DNA of 64,000 nt from Centroscyllium fabricii (GCA_051313645.2 JBNRSN020000008.1:163928001-163992000); one strand, 5' to 3'; counted from the stretch's first letter, positions 52,101 through 64,000 are shown. Notes: a model not told the origin generated them from the sequence alone. A program made the numbers and translations.

Positions 52101-53863
52101 TATCGTCCAGAATGCCCTGCAGCTGCTCTGAGCTAACCTTGACCCTTGCACCAGGGAGGCAACATGCCATCCTGGAGTCTCATTTGTGGCTCCAGAAACG
52201 CCTATCTATTCCCCTTACAATAGAATCACCTATCACTATAGCTCTCCTGATCTTTTTCCTCCCATCCTGTGCAGCAGAACCACCCATAGTGCCAGGAAGG
52301 TGGCTACTGCTGCCTTCCCCTGATAAGCCATCTCCCCCAACAATATCCAAAATAGTATATCTGTTTGAGAGGGGGATGGCCACAGGGGACCACTGCAATA
52401 CCTGCCTGCACCTATTAATGCCTGGCGGTCACCCATTCCCTTCCTGCCTGTGCAGCCTTTACCTGCAGTGTGACCAACTCCCAAAATGTGCTATCAACGA
52501 TGTCCTCAGCATCCTGAATGGTCCAGTATGTAACCATTCACAGCTCCAGCGCCGCAATGCGGTCTTGCAGTAGCTGCAGCTGGATCCACTTCACGCACAC
52601 ATGGTTGTCAGGGAGACAGGAAGTGTCCCTGATTTCCCACATAGTGCAGGAGGAGCAAGCCACGGGGCCGAGCTGTGCTGTCATGACTTACCCTTTTATT
52701 AATTCAAATTAAATTAAATTAAATCAAATCAATACCACTAATTACACTACAATTAAATGATATACTCAGGGGCCCTTGTTTGCTAGCATTCCCTGCTACA
52801 CAACAGAGACCCTAGAAACAATAACCACAAAAATTAAGTTTGGAAAAAAGCGAGAGAGACACACTGCTCCTGGGTAAGGTTTTTGAAACTCTGATGGTAT
52901 TGTTACTTTTTTATCGCTGAGTACAGCAAGGAGGGGAACATACACTTTGGTGAAGCTGCATTCTTCTCCTTTCTTTCTGTTGTTCACTCTCTCCATCTTC
53001 CATTGCAGCCAGAAATAGGAGAATCCCTTTGGGGAAAGTGATTGCCTTGCAGGTACTGCAGTGGTTTGTGAGGAGAGGGAGGTGCTACTTGGGATAAACT
53101 CACTGCAGAGCCTTCTCCTTGGCTGATCGATTGACCTCCCAGAAAAAGAGTGTTAAGGAAAAGCATTTAAGAAAGAGTTGTAACGTTCCGAATGACAGCA
53201 CTCTGTGGTTGTGGCTTTAGTTAACAACGACACCACTTTTCCCTTTACTCAGTGCATCTTGATAAGGGGGACAGCTTGTTTCATTCAGGCCGTCGGAGTG
53301 GCAACTGGGAAAAAGTTGTGATATGTGACATCAAACTGCCGCATCAGCCTTATTTGCGGGCTGTTGCTGGACAGTGCGCAGGTGCTTCGGGCTCCCGGCG
53401 TAACTGCCGCTGTAAAGGCCCTGTCACACCTAGACGTTTTAGCCAGCCTATGCAAATGAGTCTAAAACGCGAAACTTTTGACACTTTGTTCAATTTTTGC
53501 GGTTTAGTAGCGTATTCATAACGTATGCCCAACGATAGTCTAACGTATGCATAGCGCGCGGCAGCGTATCGCCAAAGATCACGTGGTGTAGACTTTTCAA
53601 AGGCTGCCATTGGACGATTCAAATCATACCACTACAGATTTAATAAAAGTTGAGCAAACTGTTGATGTTTGCTGATTTTATTGCTTTAATATTTAAATCA
53701 TTACAACAATAATTAACAATAATAAATTCAATCACTTTGAAAAAGGTATAATAATATAATGTACATGTATATTGAAAAGTGGATAATTGAAAAAAAGGCT
53801 TTAAGATGTTCATTTCAGGAGGAAAGTCTCTTTATTGCCTGAACAATGCTGTAATACAAAAAA

Positions 53864-54080
53864 CTAAATCATCCTATCTTGCCACGGAACTGCGCCAGCT
53901 GTGGAGTTAACCCAGTGCTTGAGGAGATTCCTCTGTTTCCTTCCTTCCTTGGAGGCAGTGTTGGGGCCAGTAGCTGTCTGTGTATCCTCCAACTGATGTC
54001 CATTTCGCCATGCTCCTGGAACAAGGTCGCGGTTCTCATTTTCTGCCTGGTCAAGCTGCTGGTTCTGTAGTCCTGGGTAC
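53864..54080 (-). CDS. Harbinger transposase exon 2 (C-terminus)
   Basis: Acceptor ttccAG ends at 54081; in-frame (R)YPGLQNQQLD...VPGAWR...QRNLLKHWVNSTAGAVPWQDRMI-TAG, a Harbinger-type GxVPWQ C-terminus. Confidence 0.85.
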
Positions 54081-54277
54081 CTGGAATTTGAATTTGATTT
54101 TATTTACTTATAAAGCGCACCTATAATGAAAACATATATTCTAATGCACTGTACATTAAAAAGTAATATAATGATACATGTAAAATTTAAATTAAATCAT
54201 ATAATGTTTATAAGCATAGGCTAAAAGTTAAATTTCATTGTATACTGTATAATATATGCTATGTAAACATTAATTAC

Positions 54278-55368
54278 CTGGTCCTCATGAGGTTGTGCAG
54301 GATCAAGCATGCTTTGACAATGAGCTTGACAGTGGAGGGGTGATGCTGCATGGTACTTAGCAGAACCTGGAATCTGTTAGCCAGGATGCCGAATGCATTT
54401 TCTACTACCCTTCTTGCTCGGCTAAGCCTGTAGTTGAAGATGCGTTCTTCATTCGTCATTCCACGGAGGCTGAATGGCTTCATCATGGTTGGTCGTAAGG
54501 CGAAGGCATCGTCACCGATGAAGAAGTAAGGCACGTCCTGGTTGTCGTAGGGAAGAGGCTCAGGGTCAGTGAAACCAAGGGTACCGTCTTCAGCGCATTG
54601 CTTTAGCTCAGAGCCATTGTATATCTGCGCATCTGATGCAGATCCAGTACCGCCGACATCTGCCCAAATAAATTTGTAGTCTGCATCTACAAGCGCCATC
54701 AGAACAATGGAGTAGAATCCTTTGTAATTGTAGTACTGTGACCCAGTCTTTGGAGGACAGCGGCAGGCCACGTGCTTCCCGTCAAGTGCCCCACATGTAT
54801 GGGGAAAGTTCCATCTTTGGAAGAACTTGTCAGCTATGGCGCGCCAACCATCAGGAGTAGTTGGGCAAACCATCACCTCATCCACGTATTCGTCAATAAT
54901 GGCTTGACAGACTTCTCTGACCACTATGGACTGGGTGTTGTGAGGGACCCTCCATGCGAACTTCATCGAGGCATACTTGTTTCCAGAGGCAAGGTGACGC
55001 AAAGTCATTGCCAGCTTCATGCCAGGCTCAAGCGGATCCCTGTAGAAGGTGTACTGCTTGGTTATCCTTGGACCCACTCTGGCTAGCAGCTCGTCGAACA
55101 TCGCTGGGGGCATACGCAGGAAGTTGGTGAAGGATGCATGGTCCTCGTTACGGAGTTCCACCATGAGCTGGTCATACATGCCAAACTGCCGTCGCCTCCC
55201 GATCCATGGTCTCACCCAGTTCCTTCTCCTCCGTTCAGCTAATCTTCTCTTGGCTCTTTTGGCACGCCTCTGGTACAGTGCAAAATCGAAGAGTGCTTGT
55301 TGATGTTGGAGGACAGCTAGTAGTAATTCTCGTCTTGCCGGATCCTCCATCTCTTGGATAATGGACAT
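54278..55368 (-). CDS. Harbinger DDE transposase exon 1
   Basis: NFLRM, LAMTLRHLASG, catalytic GALDGKH / IGDDAF / VVENAFG, LHN. TATATAAA at 55428-55421 upstream of ATG 55368. Donor AG|GTAATT at 54278/54277. Confidence 0.9.
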
Positions 55369-56291
55369 CTGCTCACCATGGAGTCTGGAACACTGACTGG
55401 TTCCTCCTGTGAAACCCCTTTTTATATACCAAATTCCCAACGCTGCCAGTACGCCATTATACATTAGCTGTAAGTTAGAAACACGTTCAGTAAGGTCTGT
55501 GGTCGTCCGCAAGACGTCAAATACGTCTACATATGTCAATATGCGTTGGAGATACGTTACGCATAAGTTCAAAGCACGTTACTCATAGGTTAGACATAAG
55601 TTCCTGGAAAAATAGACATTATCTCGACGTATTATGACGTATGACTAAAGTGTGTCAACGATCGCCTAACGTGCCTGCAACGTATGTTCAGCGTATGCTG
55701 AGCGTATAAAGAGTTACATTTATACGTCGTGATTTTTTGTGCATGCACAAAAAATCACGACTTAAATGACGTATACAGCTTATGTCCAGCGTATGGCAAC
55801 GTTCTCTTACCGTATGCATAACGTACCCATAACTTGTCCAACGTATACCAGCGTATCGGCCAAATTTGCATACGCAAGCTAAAACGTCAAGGTGTGACAG
55901 GGCCTTAAATCAGGAAGGATACATAAAAAGACCTGGAGTTAGCGGAGCGTGTCCCCATGTGGATTTATGCCCCCACTCCGCCCTTGGCAGAGAGCAGCAT
56001 AAAACCTTTGATTGGGTTCATTTGAATGATTTTAGAGCAAGAAAGGAATAATAAAGTACCCTTAATCCTTTTCTGCTTGAGCCATTTTAAAGTGAAGAGA
56101 GCAACACAAAGTAATATTTCACACTGGCAAATTAGGTTTATTTTAGTGATCTTAAAATGGCTAGGAAAAACAGAAATAGTAATAGCTACAATCCTTGATT
56201 CATCCATGTCACTCACATTTCCTGTCTGTCCAGGTATGTGTATGTATATGTGTGTGTGTGTATCTATATATATTTATTATATATACTCTCT

Positions 56292-56691
56292 GGGCGGCAA
56301 GGTGGCATAGTGGTTAGCACTGTTGCCTCACAGCGCTAGAGACCCGGGTTCAAATCCAGCCTCGGGTTCTATCTGTGTGGAGTTTGCACATTCTCCCCGT
56401 GTCTGCGTGGGTTTCCTCCGGGTGTTCCGGTTTCCTCCCACAGTCCAAAGATGTGCGGGTTAGGTTGATTGGCCAGGATAAATTGACCCTTAGTGTTAGG
56501 GGGATTGAATATGTGGGGTTACGAGGATAGGGTGGGATACGTGTCGGTGCAGGCTCGATAGGGATCGAGGGATATGGGGAGAAGGCAGGGACAGGGTACT
56601 GGGTTTGGATGATCAGCCATGATCTCATTGAATGGTGGAGCAGGCTCCAAGGGCCGAATGGCCTACTCCTGCTCCTATCTTCTATGTTTCT
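56292..56691 (+). mobile_element. Full-length V-SINE (HE1-like) with long CR1 tail
   Basis: A box tggcatagtgg, B box ggttcaaatcc, V-domain tgtgtggagtttgcacattctccccgtgtctgcgtgggtttcc. Confidence 0.9.
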
Positions 56692-57154
56692 TCATCTTTT
56701 TCACACACAATCCTTGCTGCTGCGTGATTCCACTATTCATATAAATGGATGTTATTAAAATGTGGCTTTTATATAATGCACATTTATCTTAACTACACGT
56801 TAGATCAATATTTTAGGTATTATAACATTTTAACTTGAAACATTATTTCACATAATTCTAGAAGGTATTGTCGCATTGCATCACTCATTTTATCACTTGA
56901 AATTGTTGATGCTTCTAGGTTACAGCCCATTCAGGCTCGAGGGGCTGAATGGCCTATGTTACACACACTTAAGCCCTAGCAGAAGGCTTTCAATGCCAAA
57001 GCCTTTGCTGCCATAGCTGTCAACATCAGTGAACCAGGAATAAGAACATGAGAATACATTAAGTAAGGAATATAAAAACTCATAAAAAATGCGTTAGAAG
57101 GAGTGTCACACATAAAACCGGTAAATCATTTATCAGACATTGTAAGGTTCTTTT

Positions 57155-57850
57155 TAGAATTACATATAAATTACAACACAGAAACAGGCTATTCGTCCCA
57201 CCCAGTCTGTGTTGGTGTTTGGCCTCCACATGAGCAGTAGTCCGAAACCCATGTGCCTGTCCTATTCCTATATTCCTTTATTTCCCTATTCTTCAAACAC
57301 CTATCTAAACTATTCTAAATGTTGACACGATCTCTGCTTAAATGACTATGGTAGTGCATTCCACAGCCTCACAACCATCTGTGTAAGGCAAGTTTCTCCT
57401 GTTCTCTGTCCTAACTTCTTATATTTAACCTTTTATCATCTCAATCACTGGAACAGTTTGTTTCTATCTACTGTGTCCCATCCTTTAATAATTTTAAACA
57501 CCCCTGTTAAATCACATCTTAATCTTTTCTATTCTAATGAAAACTGCCCTGATTTTTCAAGTTTTTCTTTGTATTTGTATTTCCTCATACCCAGGCATCA
57601 CCCTAGTGAATTTGCTCTGTACCCTCTCCATTGCCTCAACCTCCTTCCTATTGTATGGAGCCCAAAACGACACATTGTACTCCAAATGTAGTCTTACTAT
57701 GTTTTTATATAGATTCACCAGCACATCTTGATTTTTATGTCTTTTATCTCTTGCCATAAATCCCAGTATTCCATTAGTTTTATTTTTAAACACCTAATCT
57801 ACTTGAAATACTGTCTTGTGAACCTGAGCTCCCAAATTCCTCTCCTCTTA
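57155..57850 (-). mobile_element. Old CR1 LINE 3' fragment
   Basis: NGILGFMAR...LVNLYKNIVRLHLEYNVSFWAPY and a CR1 tail. Confidence 0.8.
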
Positions 57851-57949
57851 CACGACATCCAGCTGGCCCAATAAGTTCATGGATTCTCCTGCTATTTAAT
57901 ATATTGTTTCTCTTTCCAACATACCAACACAGCAAGGTAAGATATTTAG

Positions 57950-60740
57950 ATCACATTCCAGGAGTGACCTGTGTAACGCCCCTCCATTAATCCTTCCTTC
58001 CTGTTGTATTCAGGAAAGCTGCTCATCTGTTGTAAGGCAACCCTGCTCATTTGAAAAAAACTGAGGGCTCAAAATGATGCTGGCACCCTGGGAGGATTGC
58101 CTGACAAGGGACAAGGGTCCGGGAGATGTGGTGAGTACCTGGCTCTGCTGGGATTCTGCAGGGTGTTTTCCTTTCTGCCATTTTCTGTTGAGAGAGCCGA
58201 TGACAGCTCTTCCATCTGTCCCCTATATCAAGTGGGTGGAACCCATGGGTTTCTAGGCTATTCCAAGAATTCTGCTCTTTATAGCGTTAAAACACCTCAG
58301 CGGAACTTTCTCCAGCTGAGAGCTGCTCCTGTTGAGGAACCAGAAAAGGCCCCAGACCTTGCTAGCGTTAAGATATGTGATCCTGCAGGGGATTGACTAC
58401 CTTCATTTAAACAGTAATGACTCCTACAGGAGCTGAAGATTTTTTTTCAGAATCTATAATACATAATTGCTTTTAAAGGGGAATTGGATATACTTTGAAA
58501 AATAATAATGTAATAGGAACCAGGGGATTGGCTGGAGAATGAGACTAACTCCATAGCTCTTGATGTCTGAAGGAGCTGCAGATAATAGACAGACAGGAAA
58601 GTCTGTGAGAGATTGTAAGGTTGGAGGTGAGGTGGCAAGGGAATGTTAATAAAGTCTGGGTAAGGCTGGGACAGGTAGTAGCAGCATCATGTGTTTTCTG
58701 AAAGTATTGCAGTGCCCTTACACATAGCCACTATTTCTTCAAGGTAAATATCACAGTGGCACAGCTAAATAAGCTTTTCTGTATTTGACATCATAGGGAG
58801 TGCCTTGGAGGAAGAGACCAGCCACTGAAATTACTGCCCAGGGACTTCCAGATTCACAACTGCTGCCATGTCCAGATACATAACTTCTGCCATATCCTCA
58901 TCAACTCCGACATGGCTTCTCACCTACTCCAGCACCAGTCCAGAGGCACCCATTCAGGGGGAAATATTTAAAGAGTCAGAAAGGTTTTCACTAGGTGAAG
59001 CACTGAGAATTAATAAGGAACTGGAAATGGAAGCGAGGGAGAGTACCATTCCTCCATATATAGTGGAGAAACAACTGCCCTCAGCTAAGGAGCCAAGGAG
59101 TCCCAGATCTCAGAGCCCAGTCTTCAAAAGAACAGCGCTAAGGGAGTATTGATCTCATGGGCAGACAGTGGAAAGGGTTTCCATGTATCTGGTTGAGATG
59201 ATGAAGAAGCAGGACGATTCATTACAGGCATCTGCAACACTTTGCAGCAAATTTCTCACGCTATACAGAAAAACCCTAGTGACAGTTCATGAGGTTTCCG
59301 CAACAGCAAAGTGCCAGACAGAGGCATTAAAGACATTGGTGGCTTTGGGAGTGGCAGTTGCCATTGCTTCAATACATGCCTTGAGGGTTAGGCTGAACAG
59401 CACCAGTTCACAGGGCTTCCAAGACCTGACTGGGACGATTAGATTTGCCATCAGACTGACCAATAGCACATCAGAGCCTGTGCTCCACACCAGCAAGCTG
59501 CAAAGAGTAATCACAGATGTCGCTGTCTCTCCAATGATTGGCAATAAGCCTAAATCCTCAAAGCCTGCTCCAAAGCCTGCACATGAGGGAGGTTCAGACA
59601 GGGGCTTGGCAGTGCTCAACACTGCAAGAGAAAGGATTTGGATGTTGATCCCTTTGGGACAGCTGCTTCCCTGAAATGAAAGTCCCCTCAGGGATATGAA
59701 GCTCCAGGGGCACTTACCCAGCCAACCATCGCTGTACCTCATCTCACCCAAGGAGTATCTCATAGAAGTAGTAGATTAGGAGCAACAGCAATTAAGGTAG
59801 CTGGCACAAAGGGTAGACACAGCAGTTAGAACCAGTTATCTATAGAATGTTGCCATCTTTTGGTGAATGTTGTGCTGGAAAGTAAACATAACTTGACCAC
59901 ATAGACCTCAGAGTCGATTTCTGTGCATGCTTGCAACTTTTTGGAGTTAGATTAAGGTGTGTAAAATTTGGACTTCTATCTTATGAAGGAAATAGGCAGA
60001 AGTTTTTGAAAGTGAAGGACTTTGTGAGGGTGACAGGGGCCTGGAAGAATCCAATTCTAAAGAAATTCAAAGCAGCAATGACTTTGACAAGTACAGACAA
60101 TGCTGTTCTCTGAGGAGAAGTGGGCTATAGGTCTTCAGTAAGCAGCTGACATATCTCCCTAATTGCCTTGAGGGAAAGGAGGGGAAGCAAATCCTTCTAA
60201 GGTAGCGGTGTCCAGAGAAATCTAAGTAAGTCCTTCTAGGTCTGTAAGTCGTGTAGAGTGGGTATCCATATATTGGAGCCAAATATGTTCTGTGATGTCT
60301 CACTCTTAATACCTCCAACTTAGACTCTTCCATATTGTCATCATCTGCCTCTTCAAAACATAGAATTAGAGCAATCCCCATTTGGAAAACATACCTCCAG
60401 TCGCAACCTGTATTTTCTATGATGCTGACTAAATATGCCAGGAAAAATGTTAATAGAACCTCCAGAGCAGCAAAAAGCTAAATTCAATATGCAGGCAAAG
60501 TCACACAAACCATCAGTTCCAGCAAACAAGATAGGTTCCTTAATGTAGTATCCACCTCAGGGTTACCACTCATATAGTGGTGGTTTCAACTTGTGTCAGA
60601 TTTGGAGCAGAAGTTAGAGAAATGAAGTGGAAATATTAACCACATCCAACCAATCCCATTTAAATGTGTCAAAGTAGGCTCCAAGCAGGTGTTAAAGAGG
60701 AATTCCTTTTTTAAGGAGAATTATGGTGCAATTTTTAGGG
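57950..60740. mobile_element. Decayed Harbinger-like remnant (transposase N-terminal relic on -, partner-gene relic on +)
   Basis: ORF 60067-60381 has YRPRRTYLDFSGHRYLRRICF, resembling Harbinger transposase N-termini; convergent degenerate ORFs 58868-59674. Boundaries uncertain. Confidence 0.35.
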
Positions 60741-61032
60741 CAGATTTGAGGTAGTGTATCCTACCACTCCATTTTACTCTTTTTAGCATCCCAAAACTGC
60801 CCAAAAATGGGTTGTAATTAGAAGGACAATTAAGCTCCAGATGCTCTACTTTGCAATTAGAAGAAGCAATTATGAGCACATGAGATGGGTCAAGCATTTT
60901 AACTACTGGACATTCTGACAGAGGCACAGATCCAAGATCCATGTGAGGTCCAGGTGAGATAAGGACTACAACTGTAATGATGATAAGCAATCTTTACTAA
61001 TCTGTACAGAGCATGTGTAACATAAACAAGCA

Positions 61033-61348
61033 GGGCGGCACGGTGGCATAGTGGTTAGCACTGTTGCCTCACAGCGCTAGGGGCCCGGGTTCAAATCCAG
61101 CCTCTGGTACTATCTGTGTGGAGTTTGCACATTCTCCCCGTGTCTGCGTGGGTTTCCTCCGGGTGCTCTGGTTTCCTCCCACAGTCCAAAGATGTGCGGG
61201 TTAGGTTGATTGGCCATGATAAATTGACCCTTAGTGTTAGGGGGGTTAAATATGTGGGGTTACGGGGCTAGGGTGGGATATGTGTCAGTGCAGGCTCGAT
61301 GGGCCGAAATGGCCTCTATCTGCACTGTAGGGATTCTATGATTCTATG
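61033..61348 (+). mobile_element. V-SINE (HE1-like), short-tail form
   Basis: Same head and V-domain as 56292; tail gggccgaaatggcctctatctgcactgtagggattctatgattctatg. Confidence 0.9.
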
Positions 61349-61600
61349 AAAAACCCATTAGAAAATGGGGTAGAAGAGAGTTTGAGAAGAAGTAGGAATC
61401 AGAGTATATAACTACTGTTCAATGACTGTCAGTGGATCTTGATCAAAAAGTAACCTCACATATCCACATACACCATGAAGTATACACTACTCAAAGCCAT
61501 TTCAGACTGAAAATGGTATGTAAAAGTGTAGTTGGCTGCACAGACATCTCTCAAAACCTGCTGCCATTAGTTTGATGTCATTTCAGGTTATTGAAAAGAG

Positions 61601-61690
61601 CAATTCAATTCAATTCAATTCAATTCAAGTTTTATTGTCATTGCAGAGTACTAGTACAATACAACGAGACGAAGACTCGACTCTCCCGAG
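61601..61690 (-). mobile_element. LINE tail fragment (Rex1/Babar-like) with (GAATT)n
   Basis: Reverse complement reads atgacaataaaacttgaattgaattgaattg. Confidence 0.5.
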
Positions 61691-62366
61691 AGTAGTGCAA
61701 ATAAAATAAATAAATTCCTTCTTGCAATGTACTTCCTGTAAGTAGACCTCAGATCCTGTATGAACCAGAAGTGTCAGCTTACAGTTTACTGCTCCTGCAG
61801 AGACCTCACACCATTTAAGACTCACACAATCGTAAATTGCTAACACATACTGCACTTTATTCCTCTCTAAACCGTTCTGGAAGATAGCAGTGTCAACACA
61901 CCGCATTCGAGCTGGGCTCTGGTTCCACATTAATGATGTAGATTTATTTACTGAAATTAAACACCATACAAACAGCACAAGCTTATGTATAATGACTGCA
62001 GTAAATGGCCTGATCTTTAAAAAACTATGTTATATTCCTGACAACAGAGAATGTAGCCAGTCTCTTCAGCAGCAATCTGTAATACCTGCTTTCAGTTGAA
62101 CTTCACCCAGGACCACCTGATTCCTATGCTTTTGTGCTCCAGTTTTCCTCTCTCCCTCAGTCTTAGAGATCGCTGGCTGAAATGGTTCATTAAATTTTGA
62201 ACTGCCTGAAATGCAGTTAATGGGTTAATGTTTCCTCTGATGGTCCCATTTCCAGGTTGAATTGTGTCAGAACCACTGAATGACTCTGGCTAACTGTATA
62301 TAATCCTCTTTAACGATGTTCTAACACCAGCCTAAATCTGTACCATTGTGTTAGGCATTACGGTGT

Positions 62367-64000
62367 TGTGGCGACACGCCCACCAGAACCATCGAATCCG
62401 CCTCGGGAGTGCTGCGAGACGGCCCCGCCCGCCGGGCGGCGTGATGACATCACCGCGACTTCCGGCGTGATGACGTCGCTAGGTGGACACCCGGCAGTGA
62501 TGTCACCAACCGCGGGACCTTTAAATACCCTGGTTCTAGGTGGCTCAGTCTCTTTCTCCACCTGGCCCTAGCTGTGTTAGTAATAAATGATAACTTTCTG
62601 AATCTTCTGTGTCCAGTGTGGTTCTTCGGCCCTGCATGCCTCTACAGTGGTGACCTCGATACTTGGAACGAATTCCAAGGGAACAATGAAGCAGTCGCTG
62701 CAGGACTGAGGGCCAAGCTGCCTCAGTTGAATCGCAACCACCATGTCAGCAGGGATCGAAACAGCACGCCACCACAGACGGGGCCAGCACTACGGCCAAA
62801 TCCCAACCTTACCTGAGTTCTGGGAACTCCGTCCAGCGGCCTGGTTCCTCAACACGGAGAACACCTACCGCATCTATGGCGTGCAGGGGGATGATCGTTA
62901 CAGCCTGCTCTTCGCGGCCCTTTCGCAGCCCACGATCGACCGAATGTGGGCATCAATCCAGCAAGAACTAACTGCTGGCAGGTACGAAACGCTTAAGGCC
63001 GCGCTGCTAGAAAAATTTACCCCCACCCAATTTGAGCGCGACTGCCAGCTCATCAACCTCCCCGATCTAGGGGACGCAGACCCATCCGACCTTTGGGCCC
63101 AATTTGAAGCGCTTAACTGCGACCCGGCCACCATTAAGCGCGCCTTGTTCCTCCTTAAACTGCCCCCCTCCGTCAGACCGGCTCTGACGGTCCTTGAGCA
63201 CTACACCAAGGAGCAACTGGCTCAGGAGGCCAACAAGCTGATGAGGGCCGAGCGCACCCGAGCCGCCACGCGCCAAACCACTGCTGCTCCACCGGAGCAG
63301 TACTACGCGCACCCCAGGCCCGGGCCCAGGTCCCAACCCAGAGCGGTGCGGACCCACAAAAAGCCACGCACCACAGGCCCAGGCTGGTGCTACTACCACA
63401 CCAGGTTCGAAGCCAAAGCGCAGCGCTGCGTCCAGCCCTGCACCTTCAAACCCCAAACCAGCCCAAGCCCCACCATGTCCGTAGGCCGCTCCGGAGCACT
63501 GCTCTTCGTCACGGACAGTGGTTCAGGCCTCCGCTTCCTCTGCGACACAGGCGCGCAGCACAGCATCGTGCCAGCTCCCCCGCAGAAACCAAGCAAGGCA
63601 CCCAAGGCCCACCACTCGAAGCCGCAAACGGCTCCGAGATAGTTACGTTCGGCACCCGCCAGCTTACCATCAAGCTGGCAGGCCACACGTACAAGTGGGA
63701 CTTCATCACAGCACAAGTCAAAATACCCCTACTCGGTGCCGACTTTCTGTGCACCCTCGGCCTCCTGGTCGACGTTACCCGACGACGCCTGGTCGACATC
63801 CACAACATGTCGACCATCCCATGCTCCACAGGGCCGGCACACCAGACCCACGCAGCGTCCCACTGCCGAGCCCGGAACTCCAACACGTACGCCACACTGC
63901 TCGCGGAGTTCCCAGCCCTCACCAACCCCACCTTCACAGCCCGTACGGCCAAGCACGGGGTGGAGCACCACATCACCACCACAGGTGCCCCAGTCCATGC
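62367..64000 (+). mobile_element. Ty3/Gypsy element, CsRn1-type; 5' LTR, PBS, gag and protease, truncated by window end
   Basis: LTR ~62367-62646 (TG...CA, tttaaata TATA-like, AATAAA); PBS TGGTGACCtCGA at 62648 resembles tRNA-Trp complement; ORF follows. Confidence 0.85.
62743..63642 (+). CDS. Gag (CHCC type) running into protease; frame breaks after DTG
   Basis: LPEFWELRPAAWF; CYYHTRFEAKAQRCVQPC (C-X2-H-X9-C-X3-C); FLCDTGAQHS; protease continues in another frame (AANGSEIVTFG...PLLGADFL). Confidence 0.82.
   Translation: MSAGIETARHHRRGQHYGQIPTLPEFWELRPAAWFLNTENTYRIYGVQGDDRYSLLFAALSQPTIDRMWASIQQELTAGRYETLKAALLEKFTPTQFERDCQLINLPDLGDADPSDLWAQFEALNCDPATIKRALFLLKLPPSVRPALTVLEHYTKEQLAQEANKLMRAERTRAATRQTTAAPPEQYYAHPRPGPRSQPRAVRTHKKPRTTGPGWCYYHTRFEAKAQRCVQPCTFKPQTSPSPTMSVGRSGALLFVTDSGSGLRFLCDTGAQHSIVPAPPQKPSKAPKAHHSKPQTAPR

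Larger units (their letters stand above)
44798..52760 (-). mobile_element. Near full-length CR1 LINE (decayed ORF1 and ORF2), split by a Gypsy insertion
   Basis: ORF1 from ATG 52684 (MTAQLGPVACSSCTMWE zinc finger; VIGDSIVRG SGNH esterase) to 51781. ORF2 has APE (SIRNK, ETW, GDFN, SDH), KSPGPD, QHGF, FADD, RPHLEYC and VVNLWNS motifs. (tttctatg)n tail; many stops and frameshifts. Confidence 0.93.
53416..55905 (-). mobile_element. PIF/Harbinger DNA transposon (2490 bp), transposase only
   Basis: TIRs aggccctgtcacacct(a/t)gacgttttagc; TSD TAA (53413-53415, 55906-55908). Confidence 0.95.

Noticed and set aside
54274-55572. Host HARBI1 gene, or the 432-aa ORF as listed
   Set aside because: Bounded by TIRs and a TAA TSD; the first 68 codons precede the likely ATG and the true C-terminus is in exon 2.
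56292-56365. tRNA genes (also at 8188, 42900, 43691, 61033)
   Set aside because: A/B boxes run directly into SINE bodies and LINE-derived tails.
58868-59763. Host protein-coding exons
   Set aside because: No recognisable domain or consistent splice structure; more likely decayed transposon sequence.

Overview
Vertebrate genomic DNA, most likely from a shark or other elasmobranch (V-SINE/HE1-type and Deu-type SINEs, CR1 LINEs, short Penelope ends). The one host gene I can support is the 5' end of SATB2 on the minus strand: the ATG exon (13621-13857) and the 177-nt ULD exon (10071-10247). These sit at the edge of a CpG-rich, repeat-poor regulatory block (~12.8-29.8 kb). The rest is transposon-derived. 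It includes (i) a young full-length Tf1/sushi chromovirus (33306-39631) with a self-priming site and a gag-pol pseudoknot, interrupted by a Harbinger MITE; (ii) a second Gypsy element (45242-49150) nested in a near full-length CR1 LINE; (iii) a 2.5-kb PIF/Harbinger with an intact, intron-split transposase but no Myb gene (53416-55905); (iv) a CsRn1-type Gypsy element running off the right end; and (v) Penelope ends with hammerhead motifs plus several SINEs. The best candidate for something undescribed is the second Gypsy element: it has no tRNA primer-binding site, and in its place is a 13-nt perfect complement of its own LTR poly(A)-signal region. All calls were made by eye; no database searches or alignments were run.
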